Both the position numbers and the translations under genes were made by a program. Below, piece after piece: positions 54,601-62,981 of a stretch of 64,000 bases of DNA (within the stretch, counting starts at the first letter, position 1; each line of letters starts with the position of its first letter). Origin of the DNA: Botryllus schlosseri (taxonomy: Eukaryota); contig CM119372.1 of the NCBI GenBank assembly GCA_051294905.1, positions 23,686,001-23,750,000 of the forward strand. Reading direction: 5' to 3'. Below the pieces are notes generated by a model, which did no database searches, was not told the DNA's origin, and was given only the letters and a program-made list of their open reading frames with translations.

Positions 54601-57600
54601 CATTTTCCGATTTCAGAAGTAGTATTTTTCTCTTTCAATTCCCAGTATCATACTTTGAGTTATAAATATTTTCAGTTTTTTTGTCTGGAGAACATACATG
54701 TTGAAGTATAAAAGCAAGTGAAGTAATGGCTTCAATTTTCGGAAATAAAGCTACACGATATGACATTTTTACGATCCACCATACTTTTTTATTAACGTTT
54801 GCTAGTCGCGCAAAGTGTTTACACCGTATCCGATGCAACTTCTCCGTATTGCTCTGAGAATGAGGTTCGGGCCTTACAATATGAGGGAGGGCGCCATACC
54901 ATGATATTTACTAAAACGGGCTGCTCGAGTAAACAGAGGACTAGTATCGCATTTCCATATCAATACTATCATTTTCATTCCATGATGCGCATGAATGCCC
55001 ATGCTGTTGAAAATTTGATACCTCCTGGTATACATCAATATGAACCAAGCTCTCACCGAGCGAGATAGTGTAATGGTGATGCGTCCGGCTACTTGATCGG
55101 TAGGTCGTGGGTTCGATCCCCGGCCGGATCAGACCAAAGTCTCGAATACTGGTATCCGCAGCTATCCTGCTATAGGCGCTCAGCATCCACGGATAGCATG
55201 GAGGAGAAAAAACGGGGGTGCAGACTAGATGACATTACGGTCGTATCGCATCTCCGTCGTCAAAAGCATCTCAATGGTGCAGGCAAAACCTAATACCCCA
55301 CTTCTCTCTCTGCACCTTTCGCATAGCCCAAGTCGCAACTTTTGACAATCAATGCGATCTAATTACGATTGTTTTCACAACTACTTACTTACTTCAGTAG
55401 ATTTAAAGTCAGTCAATTCTACGTCAAGTAGTTTTAGGTTGCTCATAGAGGAAGTAGTTCCACTCGTACATGGGTACATTTTTTCGTCGTTACTTCCACT
55501 TCTACTTGAGTGGCTTTCTTGACTACTTTGACCATCTCTGCAATTAGTTCAGCGTGGACCGTATCACACGTAGCTTTGCCACTTTGCCAGCCAGCCAGCG
55601 TTACGAGCTCCAGCTTGGCGCATTGTTGCGTCAGAATCACTTTGGTACGTGCAGGTGCAAGAGAGACTCACAATGAGTTGATTGACATCACTGAGGGTGA
55701 AGCGTATAGATCAGGGGTGGGCAATTATTTTCCTCTGCGGGCCAAATGAAAAGCCGACAATATGTTGGCGGGCCAAATCAGATATTTTAGCTGTATTCTC
55801 CGATGTATTGATTTTATTTCTAAATTGAAAGCAGTGAATTACACTAAATGGTGCTCAGTGGATGTGTTGATATTGAGGAATGAGGGAGTGACTGCTAATT
55901 AATAGTAAAATATTTATTCACCGTCATATTTCGAAACAAAGTCATTCATGATACATTTTGAACTTTCTTTAAACCCCTATCCACGTTTTTCTATCAATAC
56001 ATTAAAATGTATTTGGGGTGGCCGAAACAGCACTTCGTCAGCCCCCCTTAAAAAAGAGTTGGTCTTGGGCCCTCATAGAGTTATAAACCAAAGTTGCACC
56101 CAGACCAAACCTCCATCGGGATGTACGTTTTTAACACTACTTCTGAGCGATTTTTTTTGTATCGCCAAAGCGTACTAAATTGAAGACCTGCACGATTCCA
56201 AATTGGTATTTCTTTACTGCCAAATATAGCCTATGAACAATTGGACATCGTGGTTTTCGATCAACATAAGGGCAGTCCTTTTCTTGCAGAACTTCATACG
56301 TCTTGGTGCGTCGTGCGTCGTCACGGTAATGCCCAAAATGCCCAATTCTATAATCCATTAATCGCTAAATCGCGCGTAGGGCGAGAAAAATTTGAAAAAA
56401 GTAGCATAAATTTTCAAATAAATACTCTATAATTTATACTCAATCACGAAATAATTTTGAGCCCACTTCGAGCTCGCCCGAGCCCAATTTGGGGGTTTGG
56501 GGTGCGGCAGTTACGGTCGGTCCTTGGGATACTATAAAGCTTATCGTCTTAGTCGCTGGATTCCGAGCAGTGTGTAGCTGGGTGAATTGGCATTGTTTTT
56601 GAGCCAAGTTTGCAATTCTTCCGAAATTCGCCGTCCCTTGGCCGAGTGCATGTATTCGTGTTTTTATCACAGAACCGACTTTAATTATACTCCTTAAACA
56701 CGGCGACCTGCTCGGCTCTAACTACTAAAAGGACTGGTTTACCCCTGACACCAGTAAACAAATATTTATTCCTCCGAACATTCTTTGAATTTCAAATTTC
56801 CGCTTTCTTTTTTTTTGACATCCATTATGGGTGATGATGACCCATAGAAATCACGGGCACTGATCGAATTGTTTTACGAATTAGGGACTTGGAAACGCAT
56901 CACGTAATAATTTGAAACACAGACCGTGTAATGCGTAATGTGGCAATGGCAATAGAGAGAGTTTCGGTGACTTTGTGTGACTATAATTGTAACGGCACAA
57001 TTTGCTGCATTATATGACTTTATTTCGAATCTGGATTACGCTTGTGAGGTACGTATATGGGTTGCGTAATCACGCCATGTTAATGAACAGGCTTGCTAGT
57101 AAACGGATTTGCGGTTCAGTATATACATCCTAAGGTTTTATCCACGCAGCAACATTAAAAAGTAAGTTCTATATTTTGAATTTCAAGCAGCCTTTCGCGG
57201 GTAACACAGAATAGCTTCGCGGGCCGCATTTGGCCCGCGAAGCTATTCTGTGCGGCCCGCGAAAGGTTGCTTGGAATTCAAAACATGAAACTTGCTTTTT
57301 GAATGATTAAAACCATAGGCTGTATCAACTGAACAGGAAATTAGTTTACATTGAAGTCTGTTCATTAATATGCCACGCATACACTGCCTACGTACGGCGC
57401 ATGCATAATCCAGATTCAAAATAAAGGCAATGTAGCAAAGTATGAGTAGCAATTGAAGTCACAAGAAATCACTCTTTCCATATAGTTTAGTTCAAACCTT
57501 CTTCGTTGCCATTGTCACATTACGCATTATACGGTATGTGTTTCAAATTCTTACGTGATACGTTTCCGAAGTCGGTCTTATGACAAAACCACGATATCCT

Positions 57601-60600
57601 CCGTCGAGGGTGGGCGAAGTTCAGAAAATACTGCAAGCTTCGCTCAACATCAAGGCTATTTAAGCTGCAAACTACTCGGAAGGCAGCAACCAAGATAATA
57701 AGCGTTGTAATGTTGCATATACATTTCGGTGAAGATGGTTATCGAACTGGGGGCGTGAAAGCATCATAAGGGGGCGTGAAGCCAAAGTTTAATGCAAATT
57801 GTTTTCGCGCACCACGCGATTTACCGCCAGCTTATAGTTATTGCCCTGTGTATTGTCCGACTTTATTATTTCAGAATTCTCTTATCAACAGCCATAACCT
57901 CCCATGCCATCAAACTATCCGTTGGGATTGCTAGCATTCTGGTTGCACTTTTTAATATTTTGTGATATCATGATAAGGGAGACGCGAAATCTTTCACTAT
58001 CATAAAGGGAGGCGTGCCTGAAAAAGTTTGAGAACCACTGTTTTAGAGTCTTAATAGAAGAAGGTGGATAGGGATTTAAAGAGAGTTACAATGTATCATG
58101 TTTAACATTGTTTCGAATCAGGACGGCAAATAGATATTTTTTCAATTAACCGTCACTTTCTCATTACCTAACATAAACACATTCACAGAGCAGCATTTGT
58201 TAACAATGTAATTCAGAAATATAATAAAAATACGCTGCAGAACACGGTGAAAATTTTTCCCTCGACCCGCCAACGTGTTTTCTAATTTTCATTCGGCCCG
58301 CGGAGGAAAATAATTGCCCACCCCAACTGTAACGGCTAGCATGAAAGATTACTGAAAGTCAGAAACAGGTACTAAACTGCGTTGTGTGTAATAGCATCAA
58401 TCCGCATCGAAACATAAAATATGCAATAGCATAGTATTCCATGCACGTATATTACAAATTGTAAATTGACAAATCCTTCAATTCAGACCGCCAAGCTTGT
58501 ATTCTTGAACTACCCTCATATCGCGCACGTCAAATCATCTGGCGAGCCACACGTTGCACGTGTGGTGGGGCTGCCGACCCCTGATCTGATAAAATGGATT
58601 ATATGATGACCGAAATAACGGCTTGAATCTATATCTAGATTATAAAGTAAATTATGCGATAATGAGAGTCATCTAAGCATCATATGAGCGACTGGTATAT
58701 GAACACGTGACAACAGCTACGCGGTTGTGCGAGTGCGACACAAGACCTCGCGTTTGATTCGCATTTTTAGTGCAAAGCTGCGAATTAGAGTGTATATAGT
58801 ATCGTTGCAGTATTCTTCCAAGATTTGTTGGTCCTGCCTTCCCAAATTAACGTAATATCTAAATGCCTTACCACATAAATTCTTTTCCAGTTCGTGGAGC
58901 GCAGTCGCAATCTTTGTATAGTTCTCTATTAATATCACATGTTCGCTAGCAGGCTGCGATGCAAGCATGTTCGCGAAGTCCTTTGATATGCTGTTGCCCA
59001 CGGCTATCACAAATATTTCAATTCCAGACTCCTGAAATAAAGGCGTTTACCAATTTCTATGTTATGATGAGTTGACGACAACCGCATTTAAGCATGTGAC
59101 ACTTGATCCTGAGCATATGACTTTATAACCCGACATTAGGGTTGTTTAAAATCAACTTATTTTTCCGGGTTCCAGTGATTCACTGATTAAATTGTCAGGT
59201 TACCCTTAAACGCTGTACACCAGATTTGGTTCAATTGTAACAAGTATAAGTCGCCGCAGAGCAAATTTAAATGTTCAATTTATTATGATTTTCTGTCAAT
59301 CTCATGAAATGTCTGAGTTGTCTGTCTTCAAAAACGATACAAAACAAATTTGACTCAATTACAACCCGCAGAAATAAAGTTATTGCAATTGAAGTTCTGG
59401 ATTTGCAAAAATAGCATTACGGTGGGTAATCCCAGGATTATTATTGAAAAACTCGAATAACTCCGCTTCTATTGGTTGGAATCGACTGCAGCAATATCTA
59501 TATGATCGATTACGCATCACTATTTCCCGCATATAGGAGCAATTTTGTCGTGAAGTTGCCGAGAGTCCCACAAGATCGTCGTACAAGTGACACTTTTAGA
59601 GCAGTGGTTCCCAAAGTGGGCGACAAGGGTGCGAGAAAAACAAATGGGAATAAGGAGGCGGGAGTCACTTATATTTGAATAACTGTATTGGTAAATTTGT
59701 TCTCCAGTATACATTCGTGTTTCGAATTGGTTGCGAAGGGTGTTTAACACGAAGCTGTCATGAGAAATAAATCGAAAATTTTTTTCTTGAATTTATTGCT
59801 TCCCGTCATATGGAGCGAGTGGGTATTTTATATAAATCTTGATGCAATGTTCTTTTGACAAATTAGAGCTTGTTAAAAACATGAGGGGACCCGAGTGGAT
59901 GAAATGGTCACGGGAAAGGAAGACTCCAAATAACAAATAAAACAAATTTCTAGTATATAATCAGACAAAATGCAAAATGACTACACACTTGGAAATAACC
60001 AGTCACACTTTACAACTAGGGTTGGGACTTCGGGATCAAATTTCAAATCCCGGGATCGGGATTTCCCGGGATTGGCAAAGTAGCAAAATGCACATACAAG
60101 CTACACAGACAACATTTATTCCTTGTAATTTTGACGCATAAACATGCTCCCGTGAATACGAATGAAACACAGCGATCGAAAGCCACCCGGATAATGAGCG
60201 TTTAAATTCATGTATCGCTTGCTTCGTGTAGGAGTTGATTTGTCCAACGTGATCGAAAAACGTCCATCATTCCGTTACATTGCCATAAGCTCTTCTTTCA
60301 AACACTTGCGGATTTTTTTTGTGCTCGATCACGAAGTTACGAACCCGTTTGTGACATCTTGGCAAGGTATAGCCGTCAGCCTTGAAGGCCCAACGAATTT
60401 GCTCACTTTGGAGCAATTTGTTTAAATGCTAGCCCGTCCACAGCTGTTAACTGGCTAGGAAGTTCATCGAACCGAGGATTATGCGATTTATAAAAGGAAT
60501 GATATTTTTTTGACTTGCGCGATTGAGTCATGCGGGTTGATTTAATTACTATCATGTGTACGGACCTTAAATGCGTTACCAGTCCCTTTGTGCTATATCA

Positions 60601-61926
60601 GTGGTTCCCAACCTTCTTCGTCTCATCGCCCCCTTATCAACCTCGACACACATTTTCGCCCCCCATCCCCTATCGCCCCCATATTTACGGATCCGAAGAA
60701 GAGAACATATAAACGGAAATTCATTCACCTAACTACTTTGATCGCCAAAGAATTGAGTAAATAAAAAGGTAATTTTTTCGAGTAGGTGCTCCAAAAACCG
60801 GTTTCCGCCGTTAAGTTTCAGTCAACTTTGGCGTCGTATGCAGAATAAGCCACTGCTACGACCCGTAGACTACGGCGGAAATAATTGTGCAGTTCATTTT
60901 ATGCCATAGTTGGTTTTATTATCACATAATTGTGAATTGTTTTAGACAATCAGTCGTGTTTGTAACACTTAGGCTTACCATATTTTGGAAATCTAAAGAG
61001 AGGACACTTTTTCAGAAATTTCAGACATGCAAAACTTGAGAAGAATTCTCAAAAACCGGTATATTTTTCCCACTTTGTGATCGGTTGAATAAAATAAAAA
61101 AAAAAAGGTCATCTTTTCGCTTCGAGCTAAAATCACCGTTTTTCACTCCGAAATACCCGCCGGAGCTTCACTTCTGCGCTAATTTGCGGCTTATCACTCG
61201 CAATTTGCTCTAGATCTGACCTAAATTTTCAAAAAAGAGGACAAAAGGGCGTCCTCCGAGGACACTTTCAAAAAAGTCAAAAAAGAGGACAAATCCTCTT
61301 AAAAGAGGACGTATGGTAAGCCTAGTAACACTGCTTCATTACCAAAATAAGAGACATGACGCTACGTAAGCCTTGGTAGATGCTGTTTACAAATCCCGGG
61401 ATTTCATTGCGATTAATCCCGGGATCGGGATTGCTTCAAATCCCGGGATCCCGGGATCGGGATTTCCCGGGGTCCCAACGCTATTTACAACTCGTCCGTG
61501 TAGTCTAAATGTGTACCTTGAAAATTTTTTATATGTTATATCCCTAAAGCAAAATTGCTTTTTCAAATAACAAAATTCATCATGAGGTTGGAAACCACTT
61601 CGGATTAGCCCTAACCCTGACCCAGCCCAACCCCAAACGTATCACGCATTCTCAAGCGCCACATGTCATTACATCACATGCTCGTATGTCCAGTGTCAAA
61701 CGATCATCACAACGTGACACAGCACATTAGCCTGTTGCATTTGAAACCTAGCCGCCATTTCGAAAACCTACCTTGACTTTTCTTTGTGCTACCGTGGTGT
61801 TGTCTGTCGATTGGCCATCAGTAACAATAACTGCCACCTTCGTCACGTCTGCGTCCATTCGGGCCCCTTTATTTGCGGTGAATGCCACAGTGTAGAGAAA
61901 CTCAAGTGCAGCGCCAGTTTGCGTTA
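9211..61926 (-). CDS. Multi-exon gene, partial at both ends: vWA + 5 LDLa-like modules + class A (LGR/RXFP-like) 7TM receptor, TM1-TM4 visible
   Basis: Exons 5'->3': 61772-61926, 58872-59031, 48950-48985, 43753-43911, 43605-43698, 42212-42258, 41268-41318, 41072-41195, 12955-13018, 12805-12891, 9977-10106, 9719-9876, 9479-9660, 9211-9336. All have AG/GT boundaries, phases match at every junction, 1573 nt, no stop codon. Confidence 0.8.
9479..9660 (-). CDS. Exon: TM2-ECL1-TM3
   Basis: ttctag|ATTTAC...AGCGAG|gtggg; IYALAICLK...WRSSTACSMLGVILLIGSEQSVFTMVLIAFYRL, with LGR-type W....C and SE.SV motifs. Confidence 0.92.
9719..9876 (-). CDS. Exon: TM1-ICL1-TM2
   Basis: gtatag|GTATCG...GTCGGC|gtaag; ends ...NILIMSLAVSDFLVG, the class A TM2 LAxxD motif in LGR style. 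Confidence 0.92.
9977..10106 (-). CDS. Exon: last LDLa module, hinge and start of TM1
   Basis: gtttag|GTGTGC...AATCA|gtgag; VCDGVQDCQSGSDECQLGCIESAFSDEEKLITSKTILVIVWII. Confidence 0.9.
10243..10621. mobile_element. Degenerate hAT-type MITE with TCGA-rich subterminal repeats
   Basis: TAGGGCTGGGCACAA...TTTTGCACAGGCCAA termini; repeated GATTCGA/ACTCGA motifs; TSD eroded. Confidence 0.55.
10999..11959. mobile_element. TA-TSD (Tc1/mariner-type) MITE, copy 1
   Basis: TIR GGGGAGATGAGGTACCGATGGATCA / TGATCCGTCGGTACCACATCTCCCC; flanked by gTA...TAc; colinear inverted homologue at 53213-54172. Confidence 0.82.
12805..12891 (-). CDS. Exon: LDLa modules 4/5
   Basis: atttag|GATTGC...AATGCG|gtagg; DCPNGADESNCSLFNCDDAGILEYIHENA. 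Confidence 0.9.
12955..13018 (-). CDS. Exon: LDLa module 4, first half
   Basis: gtttag|TTTTTATTGT...CGCGGG|gtacg; FYCTNHPLPNIPMEKHCDRRG; its phase-2 start matches the exon ending at 41072. Confidence 0.8.
14040..15970. repeat. Satellite array, ~79-80-bp monomer with 396-bp (5-mer) higher-order repeat
   Basis: Monomer AATTAGATTCTAATTAGAGCAAAGAAACATTTCACAAATTGGAGTAGAATTAGAATTATAGCGACACAGTTG...; the variant CAATCCTAGCGACACGG occurs at 14361, 14757 and 15153. Confidence 0.92.
16013..17647 (-). pseudogene. Decayed intron-containing ORF resembling transposon accessory (SAMD3-like, CACTA/EnSpm-associated) proteins
   Basis: Exon-like blocks 17547-17647, 17311-17413, about 16535-16783 and 16013-16295 with AG/GT sites, stops and a frameshift; the last reads ...VLDLLACYYVCD / YPKVFQILSILQYVL; family call from remembered motif similarity only. 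Confidence 0.35.
17840..21733 (+). repeat. Left arm of the MULE: ~185-bp terminal segment plus modular ~132-bp tandem array, interrupted by a hAT insertion
   Basis: TAACGGACGGATACTG recurs at 21001, 21133 and 21265 (period 132); GCGGAG micro-repeats at 17860-17995; reverse complement of 30025-32956. Confidence 0.92.
18937..20935. mobile_element. Non-autonomous hAT-type element inserted in the left MULE arm
   Basis: TIR CAGTGGCGGCTCGT / ACGAGCCGCCACTG; perfect 8-bp TSD CGGAGAAG (18929-18936, 20936-20943); internal degenerate ~198-bp repeats (19380, 19580, 19777); related fragment near 38280-38600. Confidence 0.9.
22375..25416 (-). CDS. 1013-aa MULE DDE transposase fused to SWIM Zn finger, Ulp1/C48 cysteine protease and PHD finger
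   Basis: Intronless ORF. D1 in LSYDTTFSLGDFYVS, D2 in FVTDREKGI, CxxH in YCLNHI, E in TNNISESMN. SWIM CTCPSTTICYHILA. Basic RKSGRKRPRR. Ulp1 motifs WLDDETI, NHWIL, MDSF, QQENTFDCG. PHD-like C..C...MCVKCRRWFHKSC...FIC....C. Confidence 0.93.
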   Translation of the reverse strand: MLQLGNRSLSYARAREILENPENVWDKPAVLPKGGEGYLYRSPCQSGRSDFQCDQYRFIHKGKCRDVKGEVCKRYYELKDPNGKLRETLPGFKRHVYSLILEEERNTESGTIYLVHYMGDTTLHRDSSHGNAIKKKDSVFVHTSRACLDEIKKDDKNTPKQTYVDLQAKGMRQSDQSRMPTDRPRDVKQCENMKYANRQSLRISKDTVYNAVEMSVHTGDFVRKIEIIPDITIRMAHSDMLDETRNILKISMKNTELPQVLSYDTTFSLGDFYVSILVCRNVLMKGDPIFPVAFMVHEKKFMTNHEQMFRDILHCLGMDKCSNIPFVTDREKGITKPLHDYFPDLPKFYCLNHILNDAKRWLREHSFKTHEVSILLGDIRKLVLSDGEDQFNDKYRTLANGWTGKFREYFDKHLKGDISRNTCRFRTKYFSAFSESPPTNNISESMNNVLKAASGRKEMTLDAIILWMHNLQTNYLHDFRRAECGHGEYQLKTEFSYMRKKLEHIKFPKMLTLDDIISEINNDQNVTKFFRSNNKLNQRFSQRAMARWCGINNMVGFSSTNGVFTVASMTQRQVHCVRYFPKPSSCTCPSTTICYHILAVAMSLKDNSTQKAVPCNLSQLLKNRKGRTRKSGRKRPRRVDFDYTVNSTPAHHSTPRKQQPKQPLLHSDLSMISDEQMSEINEETAPLDLTTDSVKLPALNDYPWLSSSKENKDPQHVIRQCLKPEQWLDDETIERAIEAFCTEKPLVLFFTSYRYQWSEQDHNVPSLCRFARKHQAANKDFFIFLVHVPNHWILTVVNLSTKTILVMDSFISPNRTRYEGIFRNSFKIVSACFRVANVRCTIDEWQFFLCRDVKQQENTFDCGIHVIANAYCVTNNLPLARDFPSGKCRVWVDYLAGIRERSTENQLPTGRRPTDETQSESGCILGDWNAISESDITYAELADSSSAIGVMNKSKWDNCDSSLCKGSKDQDQQIMCVKCRRWFHKSCLVDEKADEMTYFICYRKNCLAAKIQP
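25856..26949. mobile_element. hAT (Charlie-like) MITE inside the MULE
   Basis: TIR CAGGGGCGGGCAAC / GTTGCCCACCCCTG; TSD GCACAAAC on both sides; contains a piece (about 26455-26777) that is the reverse complement of the repeat at 720-856 + 1444-1620. Confidence 0.88.
27113..27275 (+). repeat. Direct tandem duplication, period 85 bp
   Basis: GAACTCGCTCGTTGCATGCGCATTGTGCATGCACACTAGGGTTGTTCAGAATTGACCGGCTTTCAAAAAG at 27121 and 27206. Confidence 0.9.
29294..30024 (+). mobile_element. Truncated hAT MITE (AAGTA/TACT-repeat family) abutting the right MULE arm
   Basis: Starts CAGAGGTGATCAAAGTAG; colinear with the reverse complement of about 54220-55540; the other terminus is missing. Confidence 0.75.
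30025..32956 (-). repeat. Right arm of the MULE: modular tandem array with 786-bp higher-order spacing
   Basis: Same modules as the left arm, inverted; equivalent positions recur at 30362, 31148, 31934 and 32720 (786 bp apart). Confidence 0.92.
33418..33453 (+). repeat. (GA)n microsatellite
   Basis: Direct reading. Confidence 0.95.
36580..36673 (+). mobile_element. 5'-truncated SINE 3' end with (CT)n(AT)n tail
   Basis: CGTCAAAGCATCTCGATGGT matches CGTCAAAAGCATCTCAATGGT of the SINE at 55055-55311. Confidence 0.6.
37322..38021. mobile_element. MITE with ~100-bp imperfect TIRs
   Basis: TATACTTGAGCACTACGAAATGTACAAGTACTTTA...(37336-37430) is inverted at 37918-38010; exact ends uncertain. Confidence 0.65.
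40112..40796. mobile_element. hAT MITE with AATTAG subterminal repeats
   Basis: TIR CAGACTTGGAC / GTCCAAGTCTG; perfect TSD CCTGAGAG. Confidence 0.88.
41072..41195 (-). CDS. Exon: LDLa-like module 3
   Basis: ttacag|AAGCA...TGCAGG|gtaat; ATACDGVPECLNFSSEECECEQKAGFCDYF... Confidence 0.85.
41268..41318 (-). CDS. Exon: start of LDLa-like module 3 (an alternative in-frame acceptor would start at 41324)
   Basis: attcag|GTTCAG...CACCA|gtacg; SAELPKLEDFTCFNGT. Confidence 0.75.
42212..42258 (-). CDS. Exon: LDLa-like module 2, second half
   Basis: gaacag|ACCGAAC...CGATG|gtggg; PNCHNSEDEINCEND. Confidence 0.85.
42370..43091. mobile_element. hAT (Charlie-like) MITE
   Basis: CAGGGGTGGCCAACC / GGTTGGCTGGCCCTG; TSD GCCTTGAA / GCCTAGAA. 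Confidence 0.8.
43605..43698 (-). CDS. Exon: LDLa-like module 2, first half
   Basis: atgtag|ATCAC...AGCAT|gtggg; HNGNEIKDWPHCLSVDEEYIAFDATMICDS; follows a 54-nt intron. Confidence 0.8.
43753..43911 (-). CDS. Exon: LDLa-like module 1
   Basis: atccag|GTTTC...ATTGG|gtaag; FMDKDCFQCLSNPGIVMPVSTLCDGSFNCPDLTDECLC... Confidence 0.9.
45250..46235 (+). pseudogene. Chapaev3 transposase pseudogene with stops, frameshifts and an internal deletion
   Basis: Fragments QHKLNDLT*ALGLEREISELLAS; EWQISIGSSKRNLN*DILLNGNVLGAVTIAHSVSLRE; LQYHKHDWDWIICV; FPENLGIVSDGQGE; NMLVDSCSSIKRDNP. Confidence 0.78.
46443..47712 (+). mobile_element. Internally deleted hAT (Ac/ZBED-like) element nested in the Chapaev3 copy
   Basis: TIR TAGAGCCCGAC / GTCGGGCTCTA; TSD GTTATGAG; relic SCFAHSLQL (CxxH) joined directly to WNQNEERFPILA...VPSERL (hAT dimerization domain). 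Confidence 0.88.
47997..48904. mobile_element. hAT MITE with GACTT/GACTC subterminal repeats
   Basis: TIR CAGTGTTGGGAT / ATCCCAACACTG; perfect TSD GTACTAAT; fragment of the same family near 36070-36208. Confidence 0.9.
48950..48985 (-). CDS. 36-nt linker micro-exon
   Basis: ttttcag|AGGTCGG...GACCAG|gtaac; (E)VGEGPCNGDRP(G); phase 1-1 fits both neighbours. Confidence 0.6.
51206..52559. mobile_element. hAT (Charlie-like) MITE containing a nested hAT MITE (51865-52336)
   Basis: TIR CAGTGGTTCTCAACC / GGTTGAGAACCACTG; TSD CGATAGAT / CAATAGAT; inner element TAGGGTTGCATTT...AAATGCAGCCCTG. Confidence 0.85.
53213..54172. mobile_element. TA-TSD MITE, copy 2 (inverted relative to 10999-11959)
   Basis: GGGGAGATGTGGTACCGATGGATCA TIRs; removing it restores GAAGTACTTCTC in the host MITE. 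Confidence 0.85.
55055..55311 (+). mobile_element. tRNA-derived SINE
   Basis: Pol III A box TAGTGTAATGG (55066) and B box GGTTCGATCCC (55110), non-tRNA body, (CT)n tail; absent from the paralogous MITE site near 29525. Confidence 0.8.
55712..58326. mobile_element. 2.6-kb imperfect palindrome made of two Charlie-like MITE copies fused tail to tail
   Basis: Outer CAGGGGTGGGCAATTATTTTCCTC / GAGGAAAATAATTGCCCACCCC; inner arms about 56890-57223 and 57232-57570 centred on CTTCGCGGGCC-GCATTT-GGCCCGCGAAG. Confidence 0.72.
58872..59031 (-). CDS. Exon: vWA domain C-terminus
   Basis: tttcag|GAGTCT...TATGTG|gtaag; ESGIEIFVIAVGNSISKDFANMLASQPASEHVILIENYTKIATALHELEKNLC, a typical vWA end (GIEIF.IAVG, IAS.P..HV, terminal Cys). 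Confidence 0.9.
60017..61483. mobile_element. hAT MITE with CCCGGGAT repeats, containing nested elements
   Basis: TAGGGTTGGGAC / GTCCCAACGCTA; perfect TSD TTTACAAC; Charlie-like end at 60599. Confidence 0.87.
60970..61324. mobile_element. hAT (Blackjack-like) MITE
   Basis: TIR TAGGCTTACCATA / TATGGTAAGCCTA; perfect TSD GTAACACT; AGAGGAC subterminal repeats. Confidence 0.9.
61772..61926 (-). CDS. Exon: vWA domain core
   Basis: ttacag|TAACG...GTCAAG|gtagg; TQTGAALEFLYTVAFTANKGARMDADVTKVAVIVTDGQSTDNTTVAQRKVK has the vWA T.TG.AL, GAR and V.IVTDG.S motifs. Confidence 0.9.
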
Positions 61927-62532
61927 CTGTAAAGTCGCAGTTACGTGCTGTGAGGGATTATCAAGACGCTAAAACGCACTCATACGGGCAATTGGGTAGG
62001 GATGCTATGAACGTGACGTTCACGATCGCATTCTGTGTGTGAACCTATGGAATTTGGAGATTCGCGTTCGCAAACGAACCGTTACAGCTTTTGCACTTTG
62101 AACCTGTTTCACGTAATACAATTTTGCACGTATGCACAATATAACGTCTTTGGTTGAAATTCTTTACACTTTAACTTTGGACCACTCTCCTCATAGCTCT
62201 GGCAGCATATGGAAAGAAGTTCATCACTAAACCAGCATGCACCTTGCCAATTTCCAAAATTATTTAATCGGGAGTTTGCTTGAAATATTCAGCTTTCGGT
62301 CTGTGAATCTTTAGTGACTCTCTGCTGTGAGCTTTGCCCGCAATCACACCATAGCAAGAACTAAACACACTACATACAGGAAGTCAGTGAATTCTGCTTA
62401 GTCAACCAATCAGTTATTTACACCAACGAAATTAATGTAAACAGTGCATTGATGCATTGATGTCCAATCTGTAATGTAAAAACACCCGTCAGGCTTACGG
62501 GATATATCTTGATTTGATAAGCCTATTGTATC

Positions 62533-62981
62533 TAGGGTTGCATTTGAAACAAACGGTGTTTTAAAACAATTTGTTTAAAACATGTGTGTTTTAAATAAAG
62601 GCCTTTTAAAAAAACAAAATTGTGTTTTTTTAAGTTGTAATGTCATGCCATAATTGTGTAAAGACTTTTCAAAAACCATGTCGTATGAGCCTACGGACAA
62701 TCATCACCCGATTTAGCCGACGTATATCGACATGGGATGGTTGCAACCCTCAAAATAGTCGGTTCGACATCAATAGTACAAATATTTCGTCAAAGGAGCT
62801 ATATTTACTCTATATTTTTAAATGTTAATGTCAATCCACCATGACGTCACAATTGAATATATGTTGCGTCATGGCTTTAAAAAACAAACAAAAAAAAAAA
62901 CAATAAAAAACATGTTTTAAATTAGGGCCTTGTTTTAAACATGTTTGTTTTAAATTGATTTTTGTTTTAAATGTAACCATA
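62533..62981. mobile_element. hAT MITE (family also at 51865-52336; fragments near 13525 and 34800-34925)
   Basis: TAGGGTTGCATTT / AAATGTAACCATA; perfect TSD ATTGTATC. Confidence 0.87.

Larger units (their letters stand above)
53190..55540. mobile_element. hAT MITE carrying nested insertions
   Basis: CAGAGATGATCA / TGACCATCTCTG; TSD CAATTAAT / CAATTAGT; homologue without the SINE insert at 29294-30024. Confidence 0.8.

Noticed and set aside
55055..55130. tRNA gene
   Set aside because: Has A/B boxes but no oligo-T terminator, continues into a SINE body and tail, and is an insertion relative to the paralogous site.
61606..61638. Telomeric repeat
   Set aside because: Only about four degenerate CCCTAA-like units in an intron.
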